Part shown: piece by piece, positions 9,580-19,927 of the stretch | How the letters are laid out: each line of letters opens with the position of its first letter | Position numbering within the stretch: position 1 is the stretch's first letter | Source of the DNA: a virus | Lineage: Duplodnaviria; Caudoviricetes | Strand: one strand, 5' to 3' | DNA: 54,791 nt | IMG/VR virus record: IMGVR_UViG_3300042446_001590 | Location: 1-54,791 of that record | Made by a program: the position numbers and the translations under genes | Notes under the pieces: model-generated | Database searches by the model: none | Told to the model about the DNA's origin: nothing | The model's input: the letters and a program-made list of their open reading frames with translations, nothing else

Positions 9580-11613
9580 ATGAGTCTAAGAGATCTAAAA
9601 ACAAATCTAAAATCACTTAGATATGGAAACGATTTACAAGGTGGTGGAGACAGTGGTTTACCTTATATAACTACTGACGTTGATACCCAACTAACAAATA
9701 TTGCTTCTATAGATTTAAGAGGCCCGGTAAAAGACTTGCTTAAATCAGCTGGTATTGATATACCTAGTATTGCAAATATTACCACTAATAATATATTAAA
9801 TAAGGATAGTGGGTTTATTAGAGGAGGTACAGTAGGAGCAGCTAAAACTGGTCTTATTGATGCTATGCGTATTGGTAAATTCTTAACAAACAATCCACTA
9901 TGGATTGCTAAACAAGTAGGATTACAACTATCTAACCCAAAATTAGAATCACCTAGAGGTACATTAGCACTAGTTACCTTAGGTAATACTTTATCTGCTG
10001 CTACCGGCGGTATCGTTCAGCCATCTCGTATTTACAATTTAGGAATAAATACATTAGCTCAAGTACCATCTAATGCTGTAGGAGTTCACTTCTATAGACA
10101 TGGTTTAGGTCCTGTAATGGATGATCAATCTAAGTATGAAGCTATTGTAAGAAACAATAATGAAAGTACGTTATTTGGATTTGGTAAAAGCAATAACAGA
10201 TTATTAAGATTAAAAGATAAATTAAATATAGAGAGTGGTACTACACCATTAATAAGAGGTGGAATTGCAAGTGGTATTTTAAATATCCTTTCTCAAGTAC
10301 CAGCATTATCTGGCATTAAAAAAATCTTAAGTAATAACACACCAATAGATGAATATTTAACAGGCCCTGGATCTTTCTATGGTATTGGTAGTACATTGAT
10401 AAGACGATTTGATGTTACTACTAATCCTGAAGTTGTTGAAGAATTTAAATTAATATCTAAGGCAGCATCATTTAATAATAGTAGAGTAAGTGCTGACAGA
10501 GGTTTCCCTAGAATAGGAGAATTTTATGGTGTTACTAAGTATTTAAGACTTCAAGATACATTTGAAGACAGAAACAATACAGCTTTAAGTAGCAATGGTG
10601 TTAAAGTTTTTGGAAATCAAAATCCTTCACTTAACACTTATAGAAATATAGTAAGCAAGATAAATACTAATATAGAGCAAAGTATACCATTTTCAGATTC
10701 ACCAGTATATTCAGCACAAACACCAGCTAATTCACCTTTTTCTGCAGCTAGAAAAATATTTAAAACTATTGATTTAGATAATACTAATATATTAGATAGA
10801 GATCCATATAAGAAAACTAGATACTACGGTGATAGAAAGGTAAGTGAAGATGGTTCTAAAGCTACATATAATAATACTAATGTATTTGATCGCTACGATA
10901 GTGATATAATGACAGTAGTATTTAGAGGAGTAAATCCATTTGATTCTCAAAACGAAGAAAGATGGTTGTTTTCAGCATATATGACTGGATTTAGAGATAA
11001 CTTTGATGCTACTTGGAATGATATAAATTACATTGGGAGATCAGAAACATTTTATGTATATTCAAAATTCAAACGTTCTGTAAGTTTTAATCTAAGGATA
11101 CCTTGTTTTAATAGAACTCAATTGTTTGAAAAACATAGAACATTAGGACAATTAGCTTCAACTACCGCAGGTAGATATAGCGGAGAAAATAACGCTTTAG
11201 GAGGTGTATTATTAAGATTAAACGTAGGTAGTTATTTAGTAGGTGAATATGCAACATTAAATAGTTTAAACTATACTATACCAGATGATACAACTTGGGA
11301 TATAACACCTGAGGCTAGATTAGCGATGTACATTGAAGCATCATTTAGCTTTAACATTGTACATCAAAAATTACCTCAATATATTCCAAGTACAGAGAGT
11401 CAAACAGCTGGTTTCTTTGGGTATTTACAAAATAGTATTCCAGGTGATGCTGAATTCCTTCAAATACCAGGTAGAGATAAAGCACAACAACAAAGTATAA
11501 ATAACACATTCATTACTGATATAGTATCACCTACTACTTCAGAAACTAAAGGAACACCGTTTAATAATATTCAAAAAGTAATTAATTACACATATCCAGA
11601 AAATCCAAAATAG
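9580..11613 (+). CDS. Putative baseplate/tube-initiator protein
   Basis: C-terminal tube-like region 'F.AY.....D.F.ATW....YIGRSE.FYVY..F.RSVSF'; position before LysM-like gene. Confidence 0.55.
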   Translation: MSLRDLKTNLKSLRYGNDLQGGGDSGLPYITTDVDTQLTNIASIDLRGPVKDLLKSAGIDIPSIANITTNNILNKDSGFIRGGTVGAAKTGLIDAMRIGKFLTNNPLWIAKQVGLQLSNPKLESPRGTLALVTLGNTLSAATGGIVQPSRIYNLGINTLAQVPSNAVGVHFYRHGLGPVMDDQSKYEAIVRNNNESTLFGFGKSNNRLLRLKDKLNIESGTTPLIRGGIASGILNILSQVPALSGIKKILSNNTPIDEYLTGPGSFYGIGSTLIRRFDVTTNPEVVEEFKLISKAASFNNSRVSADRGFPRIGEFYGVTKYLRLQDTFEDRNNTALSSNGVKVFGNQNPSLNTYRNIVSKINTNIEQSIPFSDSPVYSAQTPANSPFSAARKIFKTIDLDNTNILDRDPYKKTRYYGDRKVSEDGSKATYNNTNVFDRYDSDIMTVVFRGVNPFDSQNEERWLFSAYMTGFRDNFDATWNDINYIGRSETFYVYSKFKRSVSFNLRIPCFNRTQLFEKHRTLGQLASTTAGRYSGENNALGGVLLRLNVGSYLVGEYATLNSLNYTIPDDTTWDITPEARLAMYIEASFSFNIVHQKLPQYIPSTESQTAGFFGYLQNSIPGDAEFLQIPGRDKAQQQSINNTFITDIVSPTTSETKGTPFNNIQKVINYTYPENPK

Positions 11614-11615
11614 AA

Positions 11616-11921
11616 ATGAATAGATACGATAATTCAACTATATTAAAAACAGAGGATAAAAAGCCATATCTTAAAGGCAAATTTTATCCTAATGTCCCAT
11701 TATCATCTAGCGATGTGTATGTGATAACAACTGTTGGAGATAGACTTGATTCATTAGCGTACTCTTATTATCGTGATTCAACCTTATGGTGGGTAATTGC
11801 TATGGCTAATAACAATGTAACTAAAGGATTCTTAAACCCAGTGCCTGGTACGCAATTAAGGATACCGGTTAATATAAGCGATGTAATCACGCAATACAAC
11901 AACTTTAATAAAGCAAGATAG
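11616..11921 (+). CDS. LysM-like baseplate protein (gp53/gpX-like)
   Basis: 'GDRLDSLAYSYYRDSTLWWVIAMANN...GTQLRIP'. Confidence 0.85.
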   Translation: MNRYDNSTILKTEDKKPYLKGKFYPNVPLSSSDVYVITTVGDRLDSLAYSYYRDSTLWWVIAMANNNVTKGFLNPVPGTQLRIPVNISDVITQYNNFNKAR

Positions 11922-11925
11922 TGTT

Positions 11926-14900
11926 ATGAGTATATTTAAGGACAGTTTTACCGATAAGGTAAGAGATCAATTAAAAGTAAGAGGAGAAGCATTTTTAGGC
12001 CGCTCCTCTACTGATATAATATACATTAATGGACGTGCTGCTTGGGTAAGGATGACATCTGGTGTTGACATTAATAATAGCTCTGAATTAGCTAGACAAA
12101 ATGTAATGCAAGGTGGTGTATTAGATCGTTTTGGTCAAATAAATGGATATGACAAATATGCATTACGCCAAGGCGTAGGTAATAATTTTAATACTAATGC
12201 ATACAGTAGTACTACTTTAGGTTCTGATAACTTATACGGTCTAAGACCAATGCCTGGTATTACTGGTTTAGATGTTCAATCAAAATCAGCATACGGATCA
12301 ATACGTACAGCAACAGTAACATTTAATTGTTGGGATATTAAACAACTTGAATTATTTGAGTTGCTATATATGCGTCCTGGATTCCTATCTTTAATTGAAT
12401 GGGGATGGTTGCCTTATTTAGACAACAATCATGGGCTTAAAAATAACGTTAATTTCTATGATATTTTTAATTCTGTAAAACCATTACAGACTCGTTTAAC
12501 TGAAGTATACAATAATTCTGAAGCACATGATGGTAATTATGAGGCTATATTAGGATATGTTAAAAACTATGAATGGTCTCTTAGACCAGATGGTGGATAC
12601 GATTGTAGAACAGAAATTATATCTACAGGTGAAATATTAGAATCACTTAAAGTAAATTATAGTACTAACTTTATATCTACTGTTAATTTAAGAAAAGGAT
12701 TATTATTTGCTAACGAAAAAAGCCCAGATGGTATTTCATACATTGAATCTCACTATGGTAAAGATATGGCTTCTTTATATGAAAATAATATCATAGCAGG
12801 TATAGCAGGTGAATTAACATTTTATGCTTATACATTAATAGGAATAAACCATAGTAAATACTTAGAATCAGAAGCTAAATACATAGCACCTGAAAAAGGA
12901 TATGGATGGAAATACATAGATGATAAAGGAAATGTTACTGGTGAAAAAGGACATGTTATTGATATGTTTCTTATTGATGTAGATGGTAAAGTTGGAGGTG
13001 ATGATACAAAAGTAAAGGATGAAAGATTACCTGGTATTGAGTTAGATAAACAAGTTTATATTGATTTAGATTCATTTACTAAAATATTAACTAAGTGGAT
13101 AATGCCCCATGAAAAAACATCAAATGCTCCTATAGTATCTATATCTACTAAAGATAGAACATATTATAAAGCAGACAAAACAGCTAAAGCTGATAATCTA
13201 TTATGTTTATCCCACCCACTACAGATATCAGTAGATCCAACAATATGTTTGATTAAAAATACTAATTTTAAAAACATTAAAAATCTTAAAACATCTCTTT
13301 TACCAACAAATATATATCCACCTAATGCTAAAACAAGGGATGAAAGAGAATTAATTTTAAAGGCTAAGAATACAATAAGTGCGTACGCTAAAAGTGATAA
13401 ATTTGATGATGTTACTGAAAGTAGCAAAATTATTAGAGGGTATATAGATGATGCTATAAGTTTAGGTATATCTCCTAAAGTTTATGGAAATATATTAGCA
13501 AATGCCTGGGAAGAATACAAAGTTAAAAATATACCCAATGAATATTTTATTGTTGGAGGAACAGGTCTTTTTTCATCTGTTGCATTAGAATATAGAATTT
13601 TAACCACAGATAAAAACACATTAATAAAGTCTCAACGTGTAGAGGCAGATAAATCTAATTTAGACGAAGCAATTAATTCTATTTCTTCTCTTTCATTTTT
13701 AGATATTTTACAAGAATCATTAAGTAAATCAACTACTACATTGATATTATCATATAGGTTACCTAATGACTTAAAATCTGAAAAAGGAGTAAATGATATA
13801 TATGTAGCTTCACCTGAGATAATAAGTACTGCTAAAAATACAATAAAAAGCAATATACAAATATCAGAATTAAATAATCAAGAAACAAATGTTGAAAATT
13901 TATCATTTTTAGATAAATTAACTAAAGACTATTTTACAACAATTAAGGACACATCAAATGGTACTTTTGGTAATATAGGGGCTATATACATCAATTTAAA
14001 TAATATTCTTCTATTATCTTTAGATAGTGGATTAGAAGCAAATGACGTTAAAGAAAAACGTGAAATCAATTTATATGATTTTATTAAAAAACTAATGAAC
14101 CAAGTTCAAGGTTCAATTGGTAGTTTAAATAACTTTGAAGTACATGCTGATCCTGCTGATGGTATAGGTAGAATTATAGATGTTAATTATATTGATAAAA
14201 AAACTGTAGATGAAGCATATAATGATGCGTTTACATTTTTAAGTAAAGAAGCAACAGGTCCGGGAACTAAATTTAATGGTTTATTTAATAATGTTCGTTC
14301 ATACAAAATAACATCTCAAATATTTAAAGAACAAAGTAGTATAGTTGCTATTAGTGCTCAAAATGGAGGTGGTATACTTGGTTTAGATAATGAAACATTA
14401 GTAGGATTTAACTATGGAATAACAAATAGAATACTACCAGACATTATACCACCTGCATCTTCATTATCGTATAATAAAAGTGAGGATCAACTTAAATTAG
14501 TAACAACACTTTCATCTTCTTTAAGAAGCTTAAATGAATTTATGACAGATTTAGGTTGGATACCTGGATTTGAATGGTTTTCTCAAAGAGAATTTAATTT
14601 AGATAATGCTGAAAAATATAAAAATTCTTTAAGAGATATAATTATGGTTTATAAAGCATTAACTAAATCAGACGCTTCATTTAAAGCTATTATACCTACA
14701 ATAGTATCATTAGAATTAGATGGTATTGGTGGTTTAGTTATAGGCCATATGTTCAGACTACCTCAGGAATTACTTCCAGCAGGATATAAAGGTGAAAAAA
14801 TATCAGGTGCTAAAGTAGGAAGAAAATTAGGATATATTATTACTAAATTAGGCCATAGAGTATCTAATTCAGATTGGGTTACTCAAATTGATGCTCAAAC

Positions 14901-15585
14901 TGTTATATTAGAAGATAGTGACCAACCAACATTCGATTTACTTACTGTTTTAACAGCGTTAGGTGAAGGAGCTGAAGCAAACATATCAGTTGAAGGTGAA
15001 ATTAAAATAGATGATTCTAAAGTTAAAGTTGATTTTACTGATGATGCTATTTCAAATTATTGGGCTCTAGTTGCTATAAGTGCAGCTGAAAATTTTGAGG
15101 ATAATAAACAAGGGATGGCGGACGTTGCTCAATCAATATATAATAGATTAAATGCTAATGGATTGTATGGTAGTACTATAAAAAGAATAGTATTAGAAGA
15201 TAAACCTACTAGGCAATTTGCCCCAGTAGGAAAAAATGTAAATGATTGGAAAAACATTAAATCAGAAGAGACGGCTATAATAGCTTTAAAAAATTCTAAA
15301 AAAGTAAGTCAAGAAACAGCTAAAAAGTGGATAAACAATGCTGTTGATGCTTTAAAAGATCCAACATTAAGAATTAACGCTGCTAAGTTTGTAGGCTCAA
15401 GAACAGAATTTTTATCCGCACCCCCAACAGATAAAAAAACTAAAGCTGTAGAGGTAATAGAAAGAGCACCTAAAAATCAAAACAATGCATTTTTCTGGAA
15501 CTATGCAGGTAAAAATATTTATTATAGTAAAAAGAATTTTCTTGCTACTAATCCTCCTTTAGACATATCTAGTAAATTAGTGTAA
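11926..15585 (+). CDS. Baseplate hub-like protein with C-terminal SleB/Hydrolase_2-type cell-wall hydrolase domain
   Basis: 1219 aa; N-terminal 'PMPGIT...R.ATV...C....Q...FELLYMRPG...LIEWGW'; C-terminal 'AEN...QGMADVAQSIYNR...QFAP'. Confidence 0.65.
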   Translation: MSIFKDSFTDKVRDQLKVRGEAFLGRSSTDIIYINGRAAWVRMTSGVDINNSSELARQNVMQGGVLDRFGQINGYDKYALRQGVGNNFNTNAYSSTTLGSDNLYGLRPMPGITGLDVQSKSAYGSIRTATVTFNCWDIKQLELFELLYMRPGFLSLIEWGWLPYLDNNHGLKNNVNFYDIFNSVKPLQTRLTEVYNNSEAHDGNYEAILGYVKNYEWSLRPDGGYDCRTEIISTGEILESLKVNYSTNFISTVNLRKGLLFANEKSPDGISYIESHYGKDMASLYENNIIAGIAGELTFYAYTLIGINHSKYLESEAKYIAPEKGYGWKYIDDKGNVTGEKGHVIDMFLIDVDGKVGGDDTKVKDERLPGIELDKQVYIDLDSFTKILTKWIMPHEKTSNAPIVSISTKDRTYYKADKTAKADNLLCLSHPLQISVDPTICLIKNTNFKNIKNLKTSLLPTNIYPPNAKTRDERELILKAKNTISAYAKSDKFDDVTESSKIIRGYIDDAISLGISPKVYGNILANAWEEYKVKNIPNEYFIVGGTGLFSSVALEYRILTTDKNTLIKSQRVEADKSNLDEAINSISSLSFLDILQESLSKSTTTLILSYRLPNDLKSEKGVNDIYVASPEIISTAKNTIKSNIQISELNNQETNVENLSFLDKLTKDYFTTIKDTSNGTFGNIGAIYINLNNILLLSLDSGLEANDVKEKREINLYDFIKKLMNQVQGSIGSLNNFEVHADPADGIGRIIDVNYIDKKTVDEAYNDAFTFLSKEATGPGTKFNGLFNNVRSYKITSQIFKEQSSIVAISAQNGGGILGLDNETLVGFNYGITNRILPDIIPPASSLSYNKSEDQLKLVTTLSSSLRSLNEFMTDLGWIPGFEWFSQREFNLDNAEKYKNSLRDIIMVYKALTKSDASFKAIIPTIVSLELDGIGGLVIGHMFRLPQELLPAGYKGEKISGAKVGRKLGYIITKLGHRVSNSDWVTQIDAQTVILEDSDQPTFDLLTVLTALGEGAEANISVEGEIKIDDSKVKVDFTDDAISNYWALVAISAAENFEDNKQGMADVAQSIYNRLNANGLYGSTIKRIVLEDKPTRQFAPVGKNVNDWKNIKSEETAIIALKNSKKVSQETAKKWINNAVDALKDPTLRINAAKFVGSRTEFLSAPPTDKKTKAVEVIERAPKNQNNAFFWNYAGKNIYYSKKNFLATNPPLDISSKLV

Positions 15586-15586
15586 T

Positions 15587-16099
15587 ATGAGATTTCCTAA
15601 AAGCCAAATAAAAGAAAACCAATACACCTCTGGAGGTGAATTTATAAATCCTTTTACAAATAGTATTTATTCGGGATTTTACTGGGAAGCTAATGGGAGA
15701 TATTTTATAGGAAAAACAGTAGACCTTAAATCTACAGAAATTAAAAAAATAACCCTAGGAGTATCAAAAATATTAAATGTATTTAATAGCTTACCTTCAT
15801 CAGTTTATGGTGTATTAAGTAATAATTCAATTACATTTTTAGCTAATAGTACAAGCACACCTGCTGGTATTCCTTCTAACTCTAATAAAGGAACAATTAG
15901 ATATTTTGTTAAACAAACAAACTCTACCCCAGTATTAATTAGAGAAGTAAATCAAGATACATTTAAGCAAATTAAAAGCAATCCCATATATCAGACTATA
16001 GCTATAAAGCGAGAAACGATATATGCGGGAACAAATGAATTAGATACAGCAGAAGCTATATTTCCTGGAATTAAAGGATTCTTGTCAAAAGAAATATAA
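15587..16099 (+). CDS. Hypothetical baseplate-module protein
   Basis: 170 aa; 'QIKENQYTSGGEF...YSGFYW'. Confidence 0.55.
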   Translation: MRFPKSQIKENQYTSGGEFINPFTNSIYSGFYWEANGRYFIGKTVDLKSTEIKKITLGVSKILNVFNSLPSSVYGVLSNNSITFLANSTSTPAGIPSNSNKGTIRYFVKQTNSTPVLIREVNQDTFKQIKSNPIYQTIAIKRETIYAGTNELDTAEAIFPGIKGFLSKEI

Positions 16100-16146
16100 A
16101 GTCAAAATAAAGATTGTATATTTAAAAAAATAAAGGTTATAAAAAT

Positions 16147-17442
16147 ATGTTTTACGTCATCGAACGAGAAAACCAATTAGAAAAATTAGGCCCATTTGGG
16201 GATTGTTTCATTGATTTTATACCACAAAACAATAATTTTCATCCTAAACTAACATCATTAAGCTTAATATACATTAGGCCGCTAAATGACCATAAAGGAT
16301 ATGTTTTGTGTTTAAATCATAGTGAATCATTTCCATTAGACCAACAATTAGTATTTAATTGGCTCAACAACAACACACAAAAGTTATTTGTGCCTCAAAA
16401 GAAAGAGGCAATGTATCATTTTCCACACCATAGCAAACTATATGATGTTAATTTTTTGCGCGAAATAAGCGAAGATAAGCTATCAAACAACAACTGCGTT
16501 ACCTGGTATTATCAAAGATATCCTAGTGTATCTAACCTTAATGCGCTGATTCCTATTAGCAAGCATTATGAAAATGAGGAAAATTTATTTGAATTAGTAC
16601 AACCAATTATTAATTCATACAATGCATCAGATAACGTGTATAAGTTCAACAATGAGCAAACAACACAAGTGTTCTGGGAATTAGAGCAAAACGGTATTAA
16701 ATTAGATAAAAAATACTTTGCTGAATTCTATAACAACACCAAATACCCAGAATTTAATGTCTTTAAAGGTAAAATATATACTCAATACAATTTATATACT
16801 ACCACAGGACGACCATCAAATAAATTCAATAACATTAATTTTTCAGCATTAAATAAAACAAATGGCGAACGTGCAACATTCAAACCATCAAATGATTTAT
16901 TTATTGAATTCGATTTTCAAGGTTACCACCCACGACTAATTAGTGAAAAAATAGGATTTACATTTCCTAAAGATAAAAACACATACGAATATTTAAGTGA
17001 ATTGTTAGATGTGACAGCAGATGAAGCTAAGGAACTAACGTTTAAACAATTATATGGAGGTGTTTGGAAAGAATACATAGATAAACCTTTCTTTAGGGAA
17101 GTAGCAATGCTTACTGATGATTTATGGGACACATACCAATATGGTGGATTTGTAAAAACTACAAATAAAGTATTCCGTACTGAATCAACAATGACATCAT
17201 CTAAATTGCTAAGTTATATAATCCAAAGTCGTGAAACATCACGTAATATTGAGCTATTAGTGCCTATATTAGAATATCTTAAAGATAAAAAAACAAAATT
17301 AGTATTGTACACATATGATGCGTTTCTAATTGATTTCGCACGTGAAGATGGTAGAGAAATGCTAATCAAAATACAACAACTACTACAATACCCAGTAAAC
17401 ATTAAAAAAGGTAAAGACTACCACGAATTAGAAAAAATATAA
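16147..17442 (+). CDS. Divergent family A DNA polymerase (compact, 431 aa)
   Basis: 'TTTGRPSN', motif A 'EFDFQGYHPR', motif B 'AKELTFKQLYGG', motif C 'LYTYDAFLID'. Confidence 0.75.
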   Translation: MFYVIERENQLEKLGPFGDCFIDFIPQNNNFHPKLTSLSLIYIRPLNDHKGYVLCLNHSESFPLDQQLVFNWLNNNTQKLFVPQKKEAMYHFPHHSKLYDVNFLREISEDKLSNNNCVTWYYQRYPSVSNLNALIPISKHYENEENLFELVQPIINSYNASDNVYKFNNEQTTQVFWELEQNGIKLDKKYFAEFYNNTKYPEFNVFKGKIYTQYNLYTTTGRPSNKFNNINFSALNKTNGERATFKPSNDLFIEFDFQGYHPRLISEKIGFTFPKDKNTYEYLSELLDVTADEAKELTFKQLYGGVWKEYIDKPFFREVAMLTDDLWDTYQYGGFVKTTNKVFRTESTMTSSKLLSYIIQSRETSRNIELLVPILEYLKDKKTKLVLYTYDAFLIDFAREDGREMLIKIQQLLQYPVNIKKGKDYHELEKI

Positions 17443-17498
17443 TCATGAATCAGAAAATATCGTTTATCAACACCCCCAGTATATTTATAGATAATGGA

Positions 17499-17909
17499 AT
17501 GCCATTATTAACCGAAAATATGGGTCAGAAATTATTTTGCACTTTTACACCACAGGCAGAACTAGACAGCACATTAGAGAATATAAATAGACGATATAGT
17601 ATATTATACAATAAGATATTCGTATTGGAATCACCACAGAGTGATGAGCTAATATGTACTTATAACATAGATATGAATAACGCTACTAGCGCTCCGATGC
17701 AGCATACCATTCTATTACATCGTAAAAAAGAATCAAATACGTTATATACAATTAATGCGCTAAACACATTAATTAAATCATTAAATAACGGTATGTTAGA
17801 TAATAAATTCATTATAGAATGGAATAATTATCGTAATAGCATATTATTAACCAACGGTCCAGATATTCGCAAACTGGATACTGTAATTTTTAAAATAGTA
17901 AATTTCTAA
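17499..17909 (+). CDS. Hypothetical protein (start likely 17499 or later rather than 17445)
   Basis: ATATTTAT at 17481-17488 lies just upstream of in-frame ATG 17499; 'KLFCTF...HRKKESNTLYTINALN'. Confidence 0.6.
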   Translation: MPLLTENMGQKLFCTFTPQAELDSTLENINRRYSILYNKIFVLESPQSDELICTYNIDMNNATSAPMQHTILLHRKKESNTLYTINALNTLIKSLNNGMLDNKFIIEWNNYRNSILLTNGPDIRKLDTVIFKIVNF

Positions 17910-17925
17910 ATACTATTTCTTTAAG

Positions 17926-17957
17926 TTTGGCTTGTCAAAGCAAAAATCATACATTTA
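17926..17957 (+). promoter_or_regulatory. Bacteroidota-type -33/-7 promoter for SSB-uvsX genes
   Basis: TTTG 17926-17929, 20 nt, TACATTTA 17950-17957. Confidence 0.65.
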
Positions 17958-17984
17958 AGAATTAAACAAATAAAGTTATATATT

Positions 17985-18827
17985 ATGGATTTATCACTAA
18001 TCAAACAAAAGTTAGCGGATTCACAAACAAAGGGCAAACCCCGTGAGAAGACCGACTATTCCAAAATCTTTTGGAAACCAAAACCAGGTAAGTACCAAGT
18101 GCGTATTTTACCTTCAAAATTCGACAAAGCTAATCCGTTTCGTGAGATTTATCTTCACTATGGGTTCTCTAAAGGTCCAATCTTAGCATTGACTAATTGG
18201 GGCGAAAAAGATCCTATTGTAGAGTTCACTAAACAATTACGCAAATCATCTGATAAAGAAGATTGGCAATTAGCTAAAAAGATTGAACCAAAAATCCGTT
18301 ATTTCGCTCCTGTAATCGTACGTGGAGAAGAAGATAAAGGTGCCCGTTTATGGGAATTTGGTAAATTAACGTATGAGCAATTATTAGGTATTGCTGCAGA
18401 CGAAGACTATGGTGATTACACAGACATTTCAGAAGGTCGTGATTTCACAATTGATGCTGTTGAAGATACAGTAGCAAATAGAAAAGTAGTTAAATGTAAT
18501 CTTCGTGTTAAACCTAAAACAACACCTATTTCAGAAGATGGTGCATTAGTAGAAAAATTATTAGAAGAACAACCTGATATTTTAGCTATTAACAAACACT
18601 ATGCATTTGAAGATTTACAAGAAGTGTTAAATAAATGGTTGAATCCAGAAGAAACAGCTGAAGAATCAGAAACACCTGTAGCATCAGCAACAGATGAAGA
18701 AGAAGAAACAGCAGGTGATTTACCTTGGGAAAAAGGCGCAACAGCACCAACACCAGCGTATTCATTAGAGACAGATGCGGCTAAGAAAAGCCACGCGGAT
18801 AAATTTGATAGCTTATTTGACGAATAA
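17985..18827 (+). CDS. Single-stranded DNA-binding protein (T4 gp32-like)
   Basis: 'FWKP..G..QVRILP', 'D.TD..EGRDF', acidic C-terminal tail ending 'FDSLFDE'. Confidence 0.8.
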   Translation: MDLSLIKQKLADSQTKGKPREKTDYSKIFWKPKPGKYQVRILPSKFDKANPFREIYLHYGFSKGPILALTNWGEKDPIVEFTKQLRKSSDKEDWQLAKKIEPKIRYFAPVIVRGEEDKGARLWEFGKLTYEQLLGIAADEDYGDYTDISEGRDFTIDAVEDTVANRKVVKCNLRVKPKTTPISEDGALVEKLLEEQPDILAINKHYAFEDLQEVLNKWLNPEETAEESETPVASATDEEEETAGDLPWEKGATAPTPAYSLETDAAKKSHADKFDSLFDE

Positions 18828-18829
18828 TC

Positions 18830-19927
18830 ATGGGAAAGAAACAGGAAACCTTAACGTCTGTAATATCAGACAGCTTAAAGAAAACATTTGATATAAATGC
18901 TTTCAAAAAATCTAAATTTTTAGATCAGTCTGTAAAATTTAAAAAACAGAGATGGATTCCGTTTTCTCCTGCTGTTCAAAATGCCCTATCATTACAAGGT
19001 GTACCTATGGGACATATCACTATTTCTAGAGGTGGTTCTGATACAGGTAAAACTACGTTAATGATAGAGGCAGCTATTGAAGCTCAAAAGATGGGTATTT
19101 TACCTGTGTTTATCATTACTGAAATGAAATGGGATTTCCAACATGCTAGAAAAATGGGATTCCAACTTGAAGAAACAGTAGATGAAGAAACAGGTGAAAT
19201 AATGGATTATAAAGGGTTTTTCATTTATGTAGATAGAAGTTCTTTAAATACAATTGAAGACGTAGCAGCATTTATTGCTGATCTATTAAGTGAACAAGCT
19301 AAAGGTAAATTACCTTATGATCTATTATTCTTATGGGATTCAGTTGGTTCAATTCCATGTAATATGAGCGTTGAACAAGGTAAAAACAACCCAATGTGGA
19401 ATGCAGGAGCTATGGCAACTCAGTTTGGTAATTTTATCAATCAGAAATTTCCAATGTCTCGAAAAGAAAATTATCCGTACACTAATACATTATTCGTTAT
19501 TAATAAAACCGGAGTACAACCACCAGAAAGTCCTATGAGTCAACCTAGGATGACTAATAAAGGTGGTAATACAATGTATTGGGATGCCTCGTTAGTTATT
19601 ACATTTGGTAATGTTACTAATAGTGGTACTTCAAAACTTAAAGCCGTTAAGAATAAGAAAAATGTTGAATTTGCTAAACGTACAAAGATAGCAATAGATA
19701 AGATTCATATTGATGAAGGTGTAGCAACACGCTCAACAGTAATTGTAACACCTCATGGATTCATTGATGATACTGATACTGCAATTAACAATTACAAGAA
19801 GAAAAATTCTGATAATTGGTTCTCTGAAGATGCAGGAGTAGGTGAAATTAAAATTATAGAAGATGCAAGCGAATGGGAAGAAAGTAGAAACATATCTCCT
19901 ATAATTGAAATAGACAATGAAGAATAA
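18830..19927 (+). CDS. uvsX: RecA/UvsX-like recombinase
   Basis: Walker A 'GGSDTGKT', Walker B 'FLWDSVG', 'KGGN'. Confidence 0.85.
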   Translation: MGKKQETLTSVISDSLKKTFDINAFKKSKFLDQSVKFKKQRWIPFSPAVQNALSLQGVPMGHITISRGGSDTGKTTLMIEAAIEAQKMGILPVFIITEMKWDFQHARKMGFQLEETVDEETGEIMDYKGFFIYVDRSSLNTIEDVAAFIADLLSEQAKGKLPYDLLFLWDSVGSIPCNMSVEQGKNNPMWNAGAMATQFGNFINQKFPMSRKENYPYTNTLFVINKTGVQPPESPMSQPRMTNKGGNTMYWDASLVITFGNVTNSGTSKLKAVKNKKNVEFAKRTKIAIDKIHIDEGVATRSTVIVTPHGFIDDTDTAINNYKKKNSDNWFSEDAGVGEIKIIEDASEWEESRNISPIIEIDNEE

